From IMG/VR virus record IMGVR_UViG_3300028581_000012: 64,000 nucleotides of DNA. The stretch is one strand, 5' to 3'. The notes below the pieces were generated by a model. It was not told where the DNA came from, ran no database searches, and saw only the letters and a list, made by a program, of their open reading frames with translations. The position numbers and the translations under genes were made by a program. The stretch's first letter is position 1; the number at the start of each line of letters is the position of its first letter. Source of the DNA: a virus. This document shows positions 1 to 10,490 of the stretch, in pieces.

Positions 1-1375
1 ATGCGTTTGGTACTGTTTGAGTTAAATTACCTTCAGAGTCGTAAGATAAAATTTGTACAGTAACTTTATTATTATTTTCGGTAATTGCAACCTTTGCAGG
101 TGCTCCAAATTTACCAGGCATTGTATCAATCAATGATTTATAATCATTTACAGTTACCGCTCTTTTTTGGGATGCAAAATTAAACGAAACCATATTTCTT
201 ACTTCTTCAACGGTTGGTTGGTTAGCACCCCCAACAGCACTTGTAATATTATTAACTTTCAGTGATTGTATAACACTTTGATTAATTTGTGTTGACGGTC
301 CATTTACTGCGAAATCTATTAAACCAACTTGATTTATTGCACCAACTCCAACATTTGATGCAGTTCCACCACCCACACGATATTGAACAAATAGTGTTGA
401 ATTAGGTGTTACTGTTAACCCCAATCCAATGTTATTTTGGTAATTTTGTATTTTAAGTGGAGTTCCTAAATTTGCAAATAGTTGTAACTGTTGGTTTGGT
501 GTGGTTGTTGCCGCTCCAAATTGTATTTTCATATACCCTTCAGGTGTATATTCACTAATAAATCTATTATCTGTTTTAATGTATCTACCAACTTTTATAC
601 CTGCGTTATCTATAGGTTTAGTTGTATCTTCAATAAAAATAGTATCTTCGGCTAACGCATCAACTTCGTACCATTTATTATTACTTGTGATAAACTCCGC
701 ATTTGTTGGTGTTGATTGGTATTGCGTTCCGTCTTTTTGAATAATTGTTGTTATTGACAATACATTTTTTTCAGGTAGAAAAAAGTTATAAAAAGGGACC
801 ACGTCAGCAGCATTAACAACCTGTTTATAAACTTTTGTTGCACCATTAACAACAACTTCTCTTTTGGTGATAATATAACTTATTATTTTGTTGTTCGCAT
901 CAAATACGGGCACTTTCGTTCTATTGTTAAATCCTTCGTTATTATATTGTGTTGAAAAATCAATGTCGTACACTGTTTCAAAAATTTGACCTCCACCATT
1001 AAATTGAGCACCTGTTCTTAAAATACCCAAATATCTACTATCTTCATTGTCACCAAAAGCGGGAACTTGAATTGATACCTCAACTAAAGCAACAGAGGGT
1101 CTAAATCCTGGTATTTTTAAACCGTATGTTCTTGCGATATTGAATACCGAAGACCTTTGTTGAGCGTATTGTAATACTGTTTCTTGTATACTTCGGTCTA
1201 TGTGAAAATGTAAGTTATCTCCAATGGCAGCATTTAAATCCATCAACACTGAAAATATTGATGCATCATTAAAGTTTTGAATTATATCTGGATAATATTG
1301 TTGGGTATAATTTATTAGGTCCTTTCTTAGACTTTCAAAATCCCTACTTGTATAATTAATTTTTTGTGTAGCCAT
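1..1375 (-). CDS. Baseplate wedge protein, T4 gp6-like (partial, runs off window start)
   Basis: Not in ORF track. Manual translation from ATG 1375 gives MATQKINYTSRDFESLRKDLINYTQQYYPD...FNDASIFSVLMDLNAAIGDNLHFHID...AQQRSSVFNIARTYG, a typical gp6/baseplate-J N-terminus. Directly downstream of the gp25-like gene. Confidence 0.88.
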   Translation of the reverse strand, partial: MATQKINYTSRDFESLRKDLINYTQQYYPDIIQNFNDASIFSVLMDLNAAIGDNLHFHIDRSIQETVLQYAQQRSSVFNIARTYGLKIPGFRPSVALVEVSIQVPAFGDNEDSRYLGILRTGAQFNGGGQIFETVYDIDFSTQYNNEGFNNRTKVPVFDANNKIISYIITKREVVVNGATKVYKQVVNAADVVPFYNFFLPEKNVLSITTIIQKDGTQYQSTPTNAEFITSNNKWYEVDALAEDTIFIEDTTKPIDNAGIKVGRYIKTDNRFISEYTPEGYMKIQFGAATTTPNQQLQLFANLGTPLKIQNYQNNIGLGLTVTPNSTLFVQYRVGGGTASNVGVGAINQVGLIDFAVNGPSTQINQSVIQSLKVNNITSAVGGANQPTVEEVRNMVSFNFASQKRAVTVNDYKSLIDTMPGKFGAPAKVAITENNNKVTVQILSYDSEGNLTQTVPNA

Positions 1376-1376
1376 A

Positions 1377-1841
1377 TTATATGTTAATTATTATAAATTC
1401 TCTTGAACCAAAAGAATTATTATCATCAGTGTAATCAATAGTTAGTTTCGCCGTATATTCTTGAGTTTCTTTTCCGGGTATTTTATATATATCACTTGTT
1501 CCAAGTAATTCTTGATTTATTTCACCAGGTGCTTCATCAGATTGCAAATATGGAACAACACTAATATCGTTTATTGTTAGGTTTGGTATATATTTTTCAA
1601 CCTGTTGTTGTATTTCAGATTTTATCCCATCAAAAGTTTCACCATCTAATGGGTCAAATATAAATTCATATATTCTAGTCCCAAAGTCAGGATTATAGTA
1701 TCTACTACCTTTAGCAGTTAATATTAGATGTAATAAATTAGTCCTGATTTCATCACCAGCATTTTCAGTTAAATCAAAGTAATAAGATTTTGGGCTATCC
1801 CTAAACGGGAAAGTAACACCATATGTTCTACCATCTGCCAT
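1377..1841 (-). CDS. Baseplate wedge subunit, gp25/GPW-like
   Basis: IRTNLLHLILTAKGSRYYNPDFGTRIYEFIFDP is the gp25 signature. ATG 1841 preferred over the track's TTG 1847. Confidence 0.9.
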   Translation of the reverse strand: MADGRTYGVTFPFRDSPKSYYFDLTENAGDEIRTNLLHLILTAKGSRYYNPDFGTRIYEFIFDPLDGETFDGIKSEIQQQVEKYIPNLTINDISVVPYLQSDEAPGEINQELLGTSDIYKIPGKETQEYTAKLTIDYTDDNNSFGSREFIIINI

Positions 1842-1919
1842 ATTCAATAAATATAATATCGAATATTTTTAGTTAAATAGAATAAAACAAAAAATACGAG
1901 TAGTAACTCGGATTGATTT

Positions 1920-4346
1920 TTAAGAAGAACAACCAAAACACTCAAATTCAGAATCAGACGGTCTTGTAGGTAAAACACCTTCTATAATTATCCTATCAAC
2001 AGGTGGGGGTGGAGGTGGTACTTGTTTTTTAGACGTATCAAGTGCCAAGTGTTTTGCTCCCGTTGAAATTGCTTTAGTTCTAACATAATAACATAAAGTT
2101 TTCAAACCACTTTCCCATCCGTAAAAATGTGATGATGTTATTTTTGAAAGTGTTGGGTTAGACATATAGATATTCATTGATTGTGATTGGTCAATAAATG
2201 GTGCTCTTTCTGCCGCCATATCAATCAGTTGTTTTTGTGAAATCTCCCAAATGGTTTTGTATTTAGGAATCAAATGTTCAATTCTTTTAACTTTTTTATT
2301 GTAGTTTTTGTCTTCAGGGTCCAAATAGTTATTGAAGTTAATATTTTGAATTGAACCTTCATTCATAATAATTTCATTTTTTAAATCTTCAGACCAAATA
2401 CCAATTTTTTCAAAGTCATTAATTAGGTATTTGTTTACAATCATTATTTCACCACCAACAACACGTCTATTAAATAATGCAGAATGTGCTGGTTCAGTCA
2501 TTTCAAACGACCCTGTAATCTTAGCAGAAGATGCCACAGGCATTTGTGCGGTAAATAAAGAATTACAAATACCATATTTTTTTACATTTTCTTTAAGTGT
2601 ATTCCAATCCCACATACCTGATAAATTATTTTCAGTCAATCCCCACATATCGTATTGGAAAACTCCATTTGACATCGGTGAACCATTAAAAAAATCATAT
2701 GGTTTGTACTTACCTTCAATACATAGTTGGTTGCTTTCGTAAACAGCCGCGTAGTAGATTGTTTCAAAAATCTCTTTGTTTAATTTTTTAGCCTCATCTG
2801 ATGTGAAAATATAATCCATTAAATAAAATACATCCGCCAATCCTTGTGTACCGATAGCAATTGCTCTTTGTTCTAAACCACCTTTTAACCCCTTTTGTGT
2901 GGAGTAGTTGTTAGTATCAACAACTTTATTTAGGGCTCTAACAACTTTTCTTACTTCATTAAAAAGTTTTTCAAAGTCAAATTTGTTTCCATTAACAAAG
3001 TTTTTTAAAACCATAGATGATAATGTACATATGGCCGTAGTTTTCTCATCAGTATATTGATAAATTTCATTACACAGATTTGATTGTTTGATGACACCAA
3101 TATTTTGGTGATTAGTTTTCTTATTAGCACTATCTTTAGAACAAAGATATGGGACACCTGTTTCAACTTGTGACTCAATAATTTTAGACCAAATTGTTTG
3201 GGATGAAACTTTTTTACCTAATCCCATCTGAACCGCTTGATTATACGTTTGTTCGTATTCATCACCATAACTTTCTTGAAGTGATTTTAATCCCGCCTTT
3301 TTAATATCATTAGGACAGAACAAATACCAATCACCATTATTTTTAACGGCTCTCATAAAGTTGTCAGGAATCCAAAGAGCGGTAAATAAATCACGAGCAC
3401 GTAATTCTTCGGCACCTGTATTCTTTTTAATATCAAGTAAATCAAAAATATCTTTGTGCCAAGGTTCTAAATAAATCGCTGCCGACCCAGGTCTTCTACC
3501 TTGTTGGTTAAAAAACCTTAATGACTCGTTTACAATTTTTAAATACTTTAATAGTCCTCCAGCATAACCTCCCGATGTAGAAATTCTACTTTCTTTACTT
3601 CTAATATTAGACATTGATAGTCCAATTCCTGCGGCATCAGAAGAAAATGTAGATATATCATTAAGAGTACCTAAAAGACCTTCTCTTGAATCAGAATCAT
3701 TATAATGTAAAACACAAGATGCCAACTGAGGAACTTTAGTACCTGAGTTAATCATTATTGGCGTTGCCTTAGAAATTAACTGATTAGATAAAGATTTATA
3801 ATATTCAACAGCAGTTTCAAATGTATCGGTGACCCATAATGCAACTCGCATATACATATGTTGTGGTCTTTCAATAACTTTACCGTTTGGTTTTTTTAAC
3901 AAATACATTTCTTGTAATGACCTCCAAGCAAAATAGTCAAAGTTGTAATCGTTATCGTGATTAATTACAGCATCAATTAAATTTTCACCATATTCATCAA
4001 TTTTTTTAATCAATTCTTTATGTACTACACCATCTTCATATAACTCTCTCATTGTCTGTGAAAAACTATCTAAAGTTTCTTTGTGGTAAGATGATATTGC
4101 AACTGATGATGCCAATCTTGAATAATCGTGATGACTACCAGTATACGCAGCAGCAATTTCATAAATTAACTTATCTAACTCTTTAGTTGTTACTTCACCT
4201 TCAGTTGGTACTGATGTAATAACTTTGATGAATATTTCATCAGAATTAACATTAAGTCCTTTTGATGAACGTTTTACTCTGTTATAAATTTTTTGGGGGT
4301 TGAATGCGGCATTGTCCCCAACTCTTTTAATAATTTTTAATGACAT
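1920..4346 (-). CDS. nrdA: Ribonucleotide reductase class Ia alpha subunit with N-terminal ATP cone
   Basis: ATP cone (IIKRVGD...KIYNRV), QLASC, QSNLCNEI catalytic motif, TLCYYVR, C-terminal CFGCSS. Confidence 0.97.
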   Translation of the reverse strand: MSLKIIKRVGDNAAFNPQKIYNRVKRSSKGLNVNSDEIFIKVITSVPTEGEVTTKELDKLIYEIAAAYTGSHHDYSRLASSVAISSYHKETLDSFSQTMRELYEDGVVHKELIKKIDEYGENLIDAVINHDNDYNFDYFAWRSLQEMYLLKKPNGKVIERPQHMYMRVALWVTDTFETAVEYYKSLSNQLISKATPIMINSGTKVPQLASCVLHYNDSDSREGLLGTLNDISTFSSDAAGIGLSMSNIRSKESRISTSGGYAGGLLKYLKIVNESLRFFNQQGRRPGSAAIYLEPWHKDIFDLLDIKKNTGAEELRARDLFTALWIPDNFMRAVKNNGDWYLFCPNDIKKAGLKSLQESYGDEYEQTYNQAVQMGLGKKVSSQTIWSKIIESQVETGVPYLCSKDSANKKTNHQNIGVIKQSNLCNEIYQYTDEKTTAICTLSSMVLKNFVNGNKFDFEKLFNEVRKVVRALNKVVDTNNYSTQKGLKGGLEQRAIAIGTQGLADVFYLMDYIFTSDEAKKLNKEIFETIYYAAVYESNQLCIEGKYKPYDFFNGSPMSNGVFQYDMWGLTENNLSGMWDWNTLKENVKKYGICNSLFTAQMPVASSAKITGSFEMTEPAHSALFNRRVVGGEIMIVNKYLINDFEKIGIWSEDLKNEIIMNEGSIQNINFNNYLDPEDKNYNKKVKRIEHLIPKYKTIWEISQKQLIDMAAERAPFIDQSQSMNIYMSNPTLSKITSSHFYGWESGLKTLCYYVRTKAISTGAKHLALDTSKKQVPPPPPPVDRIIIEGVLPTRPSDSEFECFGCSS

Positions 4347-4357
4347 ATTTTTTAAAT

Positions 4358-5305
4358 TTAAAAATCCTCTGTAAATGTTATAGTTTCGTTTAATTTAGCT
4401 TTTTGATATTCAACCGTTCTTGATTCAAAGAAATTACCTTTTGTTTCAACAGCAATTTGTTCCATAAACTTAAATGGTTGTTCTACGTTAAAATGTTTAG
4501 TACAACCCATTTTAACTAATAAACCATCAACTACAAACTCTAAGTATTGTTTCATTAAATTTGAATTCATACCAATTAAAGAAACAGGTAAAGATTCAGT
4601 TATAAATTCTTTTTCAATTTCAAGGGCCGATAATACAATTTCTTTGATTCGTTTTTCAGATGGCCTTTCTTCCAAGTGATTATTTAATAGGTGAATTGCA
4701 AAATCACAATGTAAGTTTTCATCTTTAAATATCAGTGAATTAGCATTACATAGACCTTGCATAATTCCTCTTGATTTCATCCAAAAAATAGAACAAAAAG
4801 ACCCTGAAAAAAAGATACCCTCAACGGCAGCAAAAGCTACCAATCTTTCAGCAAAAGATGAATTTTCAATCCACTCCAATGCCCATTTTGCCTTTTTCTG
4901 TACTGCAGGTAATCTATCAATAGCGTTAAAACATTCATCTTTTTCTTTCGGGTTATTGATATATGTATCAATTAATAATGAATACATAAGTGAATGGATG
5001 TTTTCCATCGCCAATTGTATTCCATAAAAGAATTTTGCCTCAGGATATTGTACTTCACGATAGAAGTTTTCCGCCAAGTTTTCATTTACAATTCCATCAG
5101 AAGCTGCAAAAAATGACAAAACATTTTTTATAAAATACTTTTCATTATCGGTTAGGTTTTCCCAATCTCTAATGTCATTTGTTAAGTCGACTTCTTCTGC
5201 TGTCCAAAACGCAGCTTGGTGTTGTTTATAATATTCCCAAATATCGTTATGTTCAATCGGGAAGATGACAAAGCGGCCAGGGTTTTCTGTTAATATTTTT
5301 TCCAT
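4358..5305 (-). CDS. nrdB: Ribonucleotide reductase class Ia beta subunit
   Basis: [48 protein letters not shown]. Confidence 0.97.
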   Translation of the reverse strand: MEKILTENPGRFVIFPIEHNDIWEYYKQHQAAFWTAEEVDLTNDIRDWENLTDNEKYFIKNVLSFFAASDGIVNENLAENFYREVQYPEAKFFYGIQLAMENIHSLMYSLLIDTYINNPKEKDECFNAIDRLPAVQKKAKWALEWIENSSFAERLVAFAAVEGIFFSGSFCSIFWMKSRGIMQGLCNANSLIFKDENLHCDFAIHLLNNHLEERPSEKRIKEIVLSALEIEKEFITESLPVSLIGMNSNLMKQYLEFVVDGLLVKMGCTKHFNVEQPFKFMEQIAVETKGNFFESRTVEYQKAKLNETITFTEDF

Positions 5306-5318
5306 AGTTTTTAATTAA

Positions 5319-6698
5319 TTAAGATTGTTGTTCTTTTAACCTCTTTTTTTCTAAGAGTTCTTTGACACGATTTTTGTTTCTTTCTTCTTTTTGTTCTTCC
5401 AAACCTAAAAAAGTCATACTTTGTTCGGTATCTATTTCAAGCAGTGCATTATCAAATTTACAATTTTCAAATACAATTCCATCTTTTCCTATCCTTGATT
5501 TTGTGATGGCAATGGTCGCTAAATTCATTTCTTTTTGTTGTAAACTTTTGGCTACCGTAATAATAACGTGACCAACTTGGGCTTTTTTAATTGACCCACC
5601 CATTTGGTCTGTAGTTACAACTTCAGATGAAATTGAATTACGATTACCTTGTGTTGCGGTCCATCCAGCAATGTCTAGTTCGTGACACATAGCCTCAAAT
5701 CCTCTCATAACTGAACCTTCACTTTTCCATTCATCACTTAACATTTTATCAGGAACAACACAATCAATGTAGTCCAAGATAATCATATCTATTCTTGTAC
5801 CTTCAGCCATCATTTTTCTAACTTGGGTTTTAATCTGACTAATAGTTACAGTATCTGATGCGAGTTTTTTCATAATCAACTTATTCTTTCTTGATGTTTG
5901 AATGTGTTTTACTTTTTCTAAAACCTCATTTTTATTTTCAGTTAAATCATCGGGATGAATTCCAGTCCATAAAGTGATGTGTTTTCTTTGAATAATTTTT
6001 GGGTTATCCTCAAAAAATATTTGTAATACATTATAACCAAGATTAAAAGCATGATTTGCAATCTTTGTTGTAAATGTTGACTTTCCTACTCCTGTGGGGG
6101 CTAAGATAACACCAATTTCTCCTTTTGCCAAACCACCACGAAGAAGATTATCAATTCCGGGTATTCCTATTGGAATTGGATGTCTATAGTCATCATCTAA
6201 GACCTCATCAAGATTTGAAAATACATCTGCAGTACCTTTATCTATTTCACCAACTTGTAAAGCTCCTCTTACCATTTCTTCCAAATGGTCGTAACTTTCA
6301 AAATCACCTTTATCAATAATAGATTGAGCTTTGGTCATTACTTTTTGTAATTCTTGTTGTTTACAAAACTTAAGTGATTTTTCTTGAACAAATAATGAAC
6401 CTTCGTCAGAAACATTTTTTACCTGTTCAATTGTATCTAAAATATTTTTTTGAGCCATAGGTGAACTAATTTCTGACTTTGTCAGTTGTTCTAAAGTATC
6501 AAAAGTTGGTGTATGCTCGTACTTGGAATAGTACTCCTTTACCATTTGACAAATAATACGAAAATATTGATTATCAAAATAATGCGGGTCAATTACTTCG
6601 AGGATAGAATTCGAAAAATCTTTGTATAAAATAATATTATTTAATAACTGTATTTGAAACGTATTTCCTAAGTATCCGAAGTTTTTTTTGTCTGACAT
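5319..6698 (-). CDS. DnaB-like replicative helicase (T4 gp41-like)
   Basis: Walker A APTGVGKS, ILDYID, WTATQGNR, ITKSR. Confidence 0.92.
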   Translation of the reverse strand: MSDKKNFGYLGNTFQIQLLNNIILYKDFSNSILEVIDPHYFDNQYFRIICQMVKEYYSKYEHTPTFDTLEQLTKSEISSPMAQKNILDTIEQVKNVSDEGSLFVQEKSLKFCKQQELQKVMTKAQSIIDKGDFESYDHLEEMVRGALQVGEIDKGTADVFSNLDEVLDDDYRHPIPIGIPGIDNLLRGGLAKGEIGVILAPTGVGKSTFTTKIANHAFNLGYNVLQIFFEDNPKIIQRKHITLWTGIHPDDLTENKNEVLEKVKHIQTSRKNKLIMKKLASDTVTISQIKTQVRKMMAEGTRIDMIILDYIDCVVPDKMLSDEWKSEGSVMRGFEAMCHELDIAGWTATQGNRNSISSEVVTTDQMGGSIKKAQVGHVIITVAKSLQQKEMNLATIAITKSRIGKDGIVFENCKFDNALLEIDTEQSMTFLGLEEQKEERNKNRVKELLEKKRLKEQQS

Positions 6699-6736
6699 AT
6701 TATATGATTTTTTCTTTTTGTATTTGATAAATATGA

Positions 6737-7189
6737 TTAAGCGAACGAATAATTAAGGTACCGATAAGATAAATTTTTAGCTGAAAAAATGTCAGTTAAG
6801 TCTTTCAGTATGGTTTTTATTGTTGGTCGTATATCCAGGGTGTATCTAGCCTTTGGCGGGTACAGTTTAGCATCGATTTGTCTATGACAAATTGTCTCAT
6901 TTCCAATACGAATAATTAGGTTGAACACTTCAGGTCCATCGGTATTTGCCGTATCTAAAATACTTGGGTCTTCTTCAATTTGGAATCGGTTTTCCAACAT
7001 GTAAAATACCGACTTGTTTCTTAATTTTGTTTGTAAATCATATGACAACTCATTCATATAATTTAAAAGCTCAAGACTGTTTTTGGCTTTTTGGTTCATA
7101 CTTCTGACATTGAAAAATCTTTGTACAACGAAGTTGTCATTTAATGTGATTAAAAACTCAACTTTAGTAATGTCGTGATTCTCTTTCAT
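6737..7189 (-). CDS. Hypothetical protein in replication operon
   Basis: 150-aa ORF tightly packed between exonuclease and helicase; no recognisable motif. Confidence 0.75.
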   Translation of the reverse strand: MKENHDITKVEFLITLNDNFVVQRFFNVRSMNQKAKNSLELLNYMNELSYDLQTKLRNKSVFYMLENRFQIEEDPSILDTANTDGPEVFNLIIRIGNETICHRQIDAKLYPPKARYTLDIRPTIKTILKDLTDIFSAKNLSYRYLNYSFA

Positions 7190-7193
7190 AATT

Positions 7194-8201
7194 TTAATTT
7201 TTTCTTTTAAATTTTGTTTTTTCTTTTCTTGTTAGTTTTAAAAATGGTTTTAGAAAGTACGTCCAATTATCATCAGTTTTAGGTAAAAACTTAAACAATC
7301 CATCTTCCATCATCATTCTTATTAAATTTCTATATCCTCTACCATCAGGGTCCAAGCTCTCAGAATAGTAAAGGTGTACCATTTCTTTACCATATTCATT
7401 TATTAAAGGGTTATCCAAATCTACGAGTTTTTCATTAATTTCAAAAAACTCTTGACCAAAAACACCTTCTTTTGTTTTACCACTTAACAGATTTTGAAGT
7501 GCAATATTGTCTTTATTTTCTTTTAACAATATTTCACCCTTTGTTAAAATATCGGTGAAGTTAACTTCTTTTTCAAGTAACTCAGGAAAAAATTTAATTA
7601 ATGTTTTTTCCCCAAGATAAAATATACCATCAATATTATCTGACCCATCACCTGTTAAAATTTTTAAAGTTTTAACATTATAGTGCGGGATTAGATTTTC
7701 ATAAAGTTTTATTTTATCCCCTAATTTGAAGTATGACTTGTTGGATGGTGAATATATAGTAACTTTGTCTGAAATGAGCTGTGTGAGGTCCCTATCACTT
7801 GAGAATATTGTTTTTTGTTCGTCTTCAGATATTTTACAATAATATGCAATCAAATCGTCTGCCTCTGAATGCTCAACTTCAAGTTGTCTTACAAACATTT
7901 CTTCCAAATATTGTTTAACTCTTTGTTTTTGAATATTAAACGATTCTTCTTTTAGTTCGTTATCTGAACTTTTTCTATTTAACTTATACTTTGGGTAAAT
8001 AAGTCTTCTTTGTGATGTACTTGTATTACTATCCCAAAAAACAACTACTTTGTCAAAATTAGACTCTTCTAAAAATTTACGTAGAGTGTTTAGAAAGTGC
8101 CAAATACCTCCGACGTGTTTCCCTTCGTGATAAAATTCTCTAACACCGTGAAAACCAATTTTCAATAAATTATTTCCGTCTACAAGTAATGTCTTTGACA
8201 C
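7194..8201 (-). CDS. 5'-3' exonuclease / flap endonuclease (T4 RNase H-like)
   Basis: LLVDGNNL, VVVFWD, YPKYKLNR, EADDLIA, SSDRDLTQL, LTGDGSDNIDGI; GTG start. Confidence 0.93.
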   Translation of the reverse strand: MSKTLLVDGNNLLKIGFHGVREFYHEGKHVGGIWHFLNTLRKFLEESNFDKVVVFWDSNTSTSQRRLIYPKYKLNRKSSDNELKEESFNIQKQRVKQYLEEMFVRQLEVEHSEADDLIAYYCKISEDEQKTIFSSDRDLTQLISDKVTIYSPSNKSYFKLGDKIKLYENLIPHYNVKTLKILTGDGSDNIDGIFYLGEKTLIKFFPELLEKEVNFTDILTKGEILLKENKDNIALQNLLSGKTKEGVFGQEFFEINEKLVDLDNPLINEYGKEMVHLYYSESLDPDGRGYRNLIRMMMEDGLFKFLPKTDDNWTYFLKPFLKLTRKEKTKFKRKN

Positions 8202-8231
8202 TCCCTAAAAATTAAATTGTTACTACTCTAC

Positions 8232-9230
8232 TTATTCTTTTTCTTCTTTCAAATCAAAATCACCATCCACCCCAATTATGTCTTTCCAATAATCTGCGTA
8301 TTCTTTTTTGTATTTTTCTATATTTGTTTTTTCTTCAGTTGTGTCTTTGCCAGCAATAAAACCATGCGGTGTTACAATTATTTTACCATCATCATATCCA
8401 AGACCATTTATGTGATTTTTCATCACAGACACTTTAGTTCTTGATGCAAACTTTACGGTTCTTTTGTCTTTTGTTGCTGTTATTTTTGTTGTTCCCGCCC
8501 CTTTTTGATTTCCAAATAAAAATACTAAAGATGAGTTCAACCAAATAGCTTCACCGCCTTTAGCTTTGATTTTAGGTTGTCCAAATGGATTATCAGGTAG
8601 TTCAACCCAAGGTTGGTTTACAATAATTAAAGTATTTTCATATTTGGAATCCGATTTACGAGACCCTGAAATTCTTTGATTTATTCCCATACCAATTTTG
8701 TCTGCCAGTGCAGCTGCGTTATGTTGTTTTCCACCGCGACCTTCATATGTCATTTTACAGGGAACAGAACCTACGGAGTCCCACATTATACATAATGAAT
8801 AGTCTAATTCACCTTTTTCTTGAGCATCTAACAAACTATTAATATAATCAGTAATTTGTTCAATGTACTCAAAGTTATTGTTAAAGATAAAAAATCCATC
8901 CCAATCAACTTCACCTGTTTCTTCATCAACCACTTCCTCACATTCAAAACCCATTAGTTTTGCGTGTTCAAAAGACCATTTCTGTTCTGTAATAATGAAA
9001 ACGGGTAGAATACCTTTCTTTTGTGCATCAACCGCAGTTTTGACTAAGGCTGTTGTTTTTCCTGTATCGGAGTGACCCAAAAACATATTAAGGTGTCCGA
9101 TTGCAGGGCCAGGTAATCCAACCGCATCCAAAAAGTCTGACCCTAAATCAAAAAACCTTTGTGGTTTGTACTTAGCTGAAGTTGAAAACTTCTTTTTTAA
9201 TGAACTAAAATCATTCTTTTTGATTGCCAT
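8232..9230 (-). CDS. uvsX: RecA/UvsX-like recombinase
   Basis: GHSDTGKTT Walker A, WDSVGS, IIVNQ, KGGEAI, VMKN. Confidence 0.9.
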   Translation of the reverse strand: MAIKKNDFSSLKKKFSTSAKYKPQRFFDLGSDFLDAVGLPGPAIGHLNMFLGHSDTGKTTALVKTAVDAQKKGILPVFIITEQKWSFEHAKLMGFECEEVVDEETGEVDWDGFFIFNNNFEYIEQITDYINSLLDAQEKGELDYSLCIMWDSVGSVPCKMTYEGRGGKQHNAAALADKIGMGINQRISGSRKSDSKYENTLIIVNQPWVELPDNPFGQPKIKAKGGEAIWLNSSLVFLFGNQKGAGTTKITATKDKRTVKFASRTKVSVMKNHINGLGYDDGKIIVTPHGFIAGKDTTEEKTNIEKYKKEYADYWKDIIGVDGDFDLKEEKE

Positions 9231-9232
9231 TA

Positions 9233-9451
9233 TTATTCGTAAATTTTGAAATTATTAATTGTTTCCAATTTATCTTTTGCATTTGCTAGTTGTTCAACCA
9301 AGTTGTCCATTTCTTCTGTATGTTGTGGGTGTTCACCAATACCAACAGGATTTGTAAAATAAACATATAGTCTTGCTTCAGCGTCTGCGATTTCTGCCTC
9401 ATATTTTTTTACAAGAGCATCTTTTAATTTTTCTGCGATAAACGACTTCAT
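9233..9451 (-). CDS. Small helical hypothetical protein (NPVGIGEHP motif)
   Basis: 72-aa ORF packed against uvsX; helix-VGIGEH-helix pattern typical of small phage proteins. Confidence 0.75.
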   Translation of the reverse strand: MKSFIAEKLKDALVKKYEAEIADAEARLYVYFTNPVGIGEHPQHTEEMDNLVEQLANAKDKLETINNFKIYE

Positions 9452-9473
9452 TTTTTGTTTTTTTAAAAGTTAA

Positions 9474-9502
9474 TAAAAATCGGGCCCATTTACCGAGCCC
9501 GA
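9474..9502 (-). terminator. Intrinsic terminator after SSB gene
   Basis: Minus strand TCGGGCTCG-GTAAA-TGGGCCCGA (two G-U pairs) followed by TTTTTATT. Confidence 0.7.
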
Positions 9503-9519
9503 GTAAATAAAAGTTTGGA

Positions 9520-10374
9520 TTAGAATGGTAAATCTTCTGCAGGTTCGTCATTTGCCTGTGGGTCAACAATAGGAGCCGTTTCTTGTTTTGAACCACCAAG
9601 TGAAATTTCGGCAGATTCTCCATAAACATACTTTTTAAGTTCTGAACTCCAAATTGGAGTTTCACCAACCGCAACCGCATCTAAGTACTCAACAGGTTTT
9701 TTAGAATAAACATCATTCCAAGTTAATTCATCCTGTACCCATCCTTCCATAATTCCTTTATCTTCGTGAAGTGGTTGTGGGTCATCATACATAATAGTTT
9801 GGATGACGGTATACTCTTTTCCCTGTGGGGTTTTCGCCTTTGTAAGTTCAATGATTAAATCACGACCTTTTTCAGCGTCTGTAACGTCACCTTTAGCTTT
9901 CCAAATAGGTAAGATTTTATCTAACACACCTTCTTGTTTGTAGTTGTGTTTGAATCGCCAAAATTTAACACCATCTTGTTCGTTATCACGGTCAATAACT
10001 TTTACAATGTAAAATAAACGTGAACGATATTGTGACGCCAATTCTTTATCTTCTTTTCTACCTGTAGAAATAAGTTCATTATAAACTTCTGTAAGTGGTG
10101 AACGTTCGTTGTCATTTTTGTCAGGGTCATACAACTTTACCCATTGCCCATTTACTTGAATTTCGTGATACCATACTTCAGTAAATGGTGATGAACCATC
10201 TTTTGTAGGTAAAATACGAATTCTTCGTGATGCGGACTTTTCATTTTTTTGAAGAATCGCTGAAAAATACTTTTTCAATCTGTCCTCTTGTGAAATGTTT
10301 GTTTTTTGTGAACTCGTTGATGTTGAGTTCTTTTCGTACTGCGCAAGTACTGAATCTAATACTGAATTTGCCAT
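9520..10374 (-). CDS. Single-stranded DNA-binding protein (T4 gp32-like)
   Basis: IRILP, VWYH, FYIVKVIDR, GRDLII, acidic tail ending EDLPF. Start moved to ATG 10374 (MANSVLD) because the longer track ORF crosses a promoter and a terminator. Confidence 0.88.
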   Translation of the reverse strand: MANSVLDSVLAQYEKNSTSTSSQKTNISQEDRLKKYFSAILQKNEKSASRRIRILPTKDGSSPFTEVWYHEIQVNGQWVKLYDPDKNDNERSPLTEVYNELISTGRKEDKELASQYRSRLFYIVKVIDRDNEQDGVKFWRFKHNYKQEGVLDKILPIWKAKGDVTDAEKGRDLIIELTKAKTPQGKEYTVIQTIMYDDPQPLHEDKGIMEGWVQDELTWNDVYSKKPVEYLDAVAVGETPIWSSELKKYVYGESAEISLGGSKQETAPIVDPQANDEPAEDLPF

Positions 10375-10410
10375 AAATAAATTTTTAATTATTACTCTTT
10401 TATCTATGAA

Positions 10411-10440
10411 AAATATAGGTGAATTTTTGTGTTTGTCAAA
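10411..10440 (-). promoter_or_regulatory. Sigma70-like promoter for SSB-uvsX operon
   Basis: TTGACA-N16-TATATT on minus strand; same layout upstream of the DNA polymerase. Confidence 0.65.
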
Positions 10441-10441
10441 T

Positions 10442-10464
10442 AAAAAAGGGAAGATAATTCTTCC
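10442..10464 (-). terminator. Intrinsic terminator ending the tail/baseplate transcript
   Basis: GGAAGA-ATTA-TCTTCC followed by CTTTTTT. Confidence 0.65.
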
Positions 10465-10490
10465 ATTAAAATTCAATATTATAATTAATT

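Noticed and set aside
10375-10476. 34-aa N-terminal extension of SSB in the ORF track
   Set aside because: It spans a terminator and a promoter; ATG 10374 is the more plausible start
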